The notes below the pieces were generated by a model that was not told the DNA's origin, did no database searches, and worked only from the letters and a program-made list of their open reading frames with translations. This document shows, piece by piece, positions 60,201-64,000 of a stretch of DNA of 64,000 bases (positions within the stretch are counted from its first letter, which is position 1; each line of letters begins with the position of its first letter). The position numbers and the translations under genes are program-made. The stretch covers positions 3,471,489 to 3,535,488 of the forward strand of contig CM121342.1 in NCBI GenBank assembly GCA_051530055.1, given 5' to 3'. The stretch is from Neoechinorhynchus agilis (taxonomy: Eukaryota > Animalia > Acanthocephala).

Positions 60201-63183
60201 GAGTGTGGCTGAGCGCCTCTAAAGTGTGTTAGTTGGCCAAGTCTCCCAAAATGAACGATAAAAGATCCCAAAAAAATGCCGTAAGGCCATGAGTGCTTGC
60301 GATTTAAGATAATCAGGAATAAATGAAGCAAATTCACAAGCGCGTTCAAACTGCGCTCGGTTGATCGCTAGTTAAAATCCACTGGTTGCTGGGTTCCACG
60401 GGGGAGTTGCGAGGTTGCTGGAATGGTAGGGATCAGGTTTGAGATCGCCCATAGGCCCCGGCCCTTCCAGTGTGGCTGTGCGCCTCCGAAGTGTGTTAGT
60501 TGGCCAAGTCTCCCAAAATGAACGATAAAAGATCCCAAAGACATGCCGTAAGGCCATGAGATTATGCGATTTAAGATAAATCAGGAATAAATGAAGCAAT
60601 TCACAAGCGCGTTCAAACTGCGCGCGGTTGATCGCTAGTTAAAATCCACTGGTTGCTGGGTTCCACGGGGGAGTTGCGAGGCTGTTGGAAGGGTAGGGAT
60701 CAGGTTTGAGATCGCCCATAGGTCCCGGCCCTTCGAGTGTGGCTGAGCGCCTCTAAAGTGTGTTAGTTGGCCAAGTCTCCCAAAATGAACGATAAAAGAT
60801 CCCAAAGACATGCCGTAAGGCCATGAGATTATGCGATTTAAGATAAATCAGGAATAAATGAAGCAAATTCACAAGCGCGTTCAAACTGCGCTCGGTTGAT
60901 CGCTAGTTAAAATCCACTGGTTGCTGGGTTCCACGAGGGAGTTGCGAGGCTGTTGGAATGGTAGGGATCAGGTTTGAAATCGCCCATAGGCCCCGGCCCT
61001 TCGAGTGTGGCTGAGCGCCTCTAAAGTGTGTTAGTTGGCCAAGTCTCCCAAAACGAACGATAAAAGATCCCAAAGACATGCCGTAAGGCCATGAGATTAT
61101 GCGATTTAAGATAAATCAGGAATAAATGAAGCAAATTCACAAGCGCGTTCAAACTGCGCTCGGTTGATCGCTAGTTAAAATCCACTGGTTGCTGGGTTCC
61201 ACGGGGGAGTTGCGAGGTTGCTGGAATGGTAGGGATCAGGTTTGAAATCGCCCATAGGCCCCGGCCCTTCCAGTGTGGCTGTGCGCCTCCGAAGTGTGTT
61301 AGCCAAGTCTCCCAAAACGAACGATAAAAGATCCCAAAAAAATGCCGTAAGGCCATGAGTGCTTGCGATTTAAGATAAATCAGGAATAAATGAAGCAAAT
61401 TCACAAGCGCGTTCAAACTGCGCTCGGTTGATCGCTAGTTAAAATCCACTGGTTGCTGGGTTCCACGGGGGAGTTGCGAGGTTGCTGGAATGGTAGGGAT
61501 CTGGTTTGAAATCGCCCATAGGCCCCGGCCCTTCGAGTGTGGCTGAGCGCCTCTAAAGTGTGTTAGTTGGCCAAGTCTCCCAAAATGAACGATAAATATC
61601 CTGCAAGATATGCCGTATGCCATGAGATTATGCGATTTAAGATAAATCAGGAATAAATGAAGCAAATTCACAAGCGCGTTCAAACTGCGCTCGGTTGATC
61701 GCTAGTTAAAATCCACTGGTTGCTGGGTTCCACGGGGGAGTTGTGAGGTTGCTGGAATGGTAGGGATCAGGTTTGAAATCGCCCATAGGCCCCGGCCCTT
61801 CGAGTGTGGCTGAGCGCCTCTAAAGTGTGTTAGTTGGCCAAGTCTCTTAAAATGAACGATAAAAGATCCCAAAGACATGCCGTAAGGCCATGAGATTATG
61901 CGATTTAAGATAAATCAGGAATAAATGAAGCAAATTCACAAGCGCGTTCAAACTGCGCTCGGTTGATCGCTAGTTAAAATCCACTGGTTGCTGGGTTCCA
62001 CGGGGGAGTTGCGAGGTTGCTGGAATGGTAGGGATCAGGTTTCAGATCGCCCATAGGCCCCGGCCCTTCGAGTGTGGCTGAGCGCCTCTAAAGTGTGTTA
62101 GCTGGCCAAGTCTCCCCCAAAATGAACGATAAAAGATCCCAAAAGACAGCGCCGTAAGGCCATGAGATTATGCGATTTAAGATAACCCAGGAATAAATGA
62201 AGCAAATTCACAAGCGCGTTCAAACTGCGCTCGGTTGATCGCTAGTTAAAATCCACTGGTTGCTGGGTTCCACGGGGGAGTTGCGAGGTTGCCGGGAATG
62301 GTAGGGGTCAGGTTTGGAGATCGCCCATAGGGCCCGGCCCTTCGAGTGTGGCTGAGCGCCTCTAAAGTAAAGAAGGCCGGCCTCCCAAAAAACAACGATA
62401 AAAGATCCCAAAGACATGCCGTAAGGTCATGAGTTTATGCGACGGAGATAAATCATAAATAAATGAAGCAAATTCACAAGCGCGTTCAAACTGCGCTCGG
62501 TTGATCGCTAGTTAAAATCCACTGGTTGCTGGGTTCCACGGGGGAGTTGCGAGGTTGCTGGAATGGTAGGGATCAGGTTTGAGATCGCCCATAGGCCCCG
62601 GCCCTTCGAGTGTGGCTGAGCGCCTCTAAAGTGTGTTTAGTTGGCCAAGTCTCCCAAAATGAACGATAAAAGATCCCAAAGACATGCCGTAAGGCCATGA
62701 GATTATGCGATTTAAGATAAATCAGGAATAAATGAAGCAAATTCACAAGCGCGTTCAAACTGCGCTCGGTTGATCGCTAGTTAAAATCCACTGGTTGCTG
62801 GGTTCCACGGGGGAGTTGCGAGGTTGCTGGAATGGTAGGGATCAGGTTTGAGATCGCCCATAGGCCCCGGCCCTTCGAGTGTGGCTGAGCGCCTCTAAAG
62901 TGTGTTTAGTTGGCCAAGTCTCCCAAAATGAACGATAAAAGATCCCAAAGACATGCCGTAAGGCCATGAGTTTATGCGATTTAAGATAAATCAGGAATAA
63001 AGGAAGCAAATTCACTAGCGCGTTCAAAGTGCGCTCGATCGCTAGTTCAAATCCACTGGTCGCTGGGTTCCACGAGGGAGTTGCGAGGCTGCTAGAAGGG
63101 TAGGGATCAGGTTTGAGATCGCCCATAGGTCCCGGCCCTTCGAGTGTGGCTGAGCGCCTCTAAAGTGTGTTAGTTAGCCAAGA
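57225..63183. repeat. Tandem array A10: ~22 units of ~265-268 bp
   Basis: GATCGCTAGTTAAAATCCACTGG recurs (e.g. 59828, 60096). Confidence 0.98.
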
Positions 63184-64000
63184 GGCTCCGTGGTTCGTTC
63201 GGGTGAAGATGTGTCCGTTCGATTGGGAATATCCGGTTTGGTTTTGAAGGTCCGTTCTGGTAGGATTTGGTGTTTATTGCTTGGAGGAGCGCTTATAAGG
63301 TTGAATTGATTTCCTCAGCTTTATTTCAGGTTTTAATAAAGTTTTACTTTTTCCATATTAGCATCGCACTGAAAAATGTCATCACACAAATCAATCTGTA
63401 TCGGCACGTTTAAGTCGTCAGAAAATATTATGGATATTTGCATTTGGTTAAATTAATATTTTCTTCTTAGTTCCACATATGTGTCCCATCGGAAGGCACG
63501 GCTAATCAATTAAGTCGTAACGCAAAGCTATTGCATTCCGACACTCTGATATTTTGCCATTCGTATTGTCTAAACCAGCCAGAAATCGGTGTACTTTTCT
63601 TCGGCCATTGATACAAAAATTTCTTGGATGGATCGTAATTAATGAAAAGGCACATAACACCTTCTAGAAATTAGTGATTTTATTTAACGAGCTGGTTTCA
63701 CAACACGGTATCCAGTTAGGATTGCACTGCATTGGTCATATTAGCCTGCTCGTGGTTTTTATCCCGAGTACAGTTTTTACTCCAAAAGGTCAATTACATC
63801 TCCTTCGATATCCTATTACGGAAAAACGATTAAAATGAGGTAAAGTATACAAAAGCGTACCTTCGAGTCGACATTTGGGCCGTATCTCTTCATAACGTTT
63901 CCGTTCTTATTTACCAGAAACTTTGTGAAATTCCACTTTATGAAGCTATATATTTAAAACGTAAGCACGGGCAAATACGAATAATTGTTTCTTACCTTCC

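Noticed and set aside
58249-63126. Repeated ~80-aa ORFs in array A10
   Set aside because: Non-ATG starts, frame not conserved between units, no recognisable domain.

Overview
Eukaryotic (animal, probably invertebrate) genomic DNA with short GT-AG introns; the species cannot be determined from the sequence. Recognisable genes are a PMCA Ca2+ pump (running off the left edge), a WRN-like RecQ helicase, an NF-YB/POLE3-type histone-fold protein, MALSU1/RsfS, CDK8, a CRAL-TRIO protein, an EF-hand protein, a divergent TFIIA-gamma, a secreted acidic repeat protein, a divergent TBP-like factor and TSR2. About a third of the window is made of roughly ten different tandem arrays (mostly 140-190 bp units, one ~265 bp). 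There are also fragments of RTE, CRE, L2-like, I/R1-like and Gypsy retroelements and several TIR elements. The main candidates for new biology are: (1) a ~28-copy satellite whose minus strand matches the twister ribozyme core; (2) hammerhead cores in a tRNA-derived SINE and in a Penelope-type dispersed repeat; (3) a ~20-copy array built from the 5' end and start codon of TSR2; (4) a TIR element that appears to have created an intron in CDK8; (5) a TIR-bounded intronic array with an SSU-rRNA-like segment; (6) a divergent TBP-like/TFIIA-gamma pair. All assignments were made by eye against remembered consensus sequences; no searches were run.
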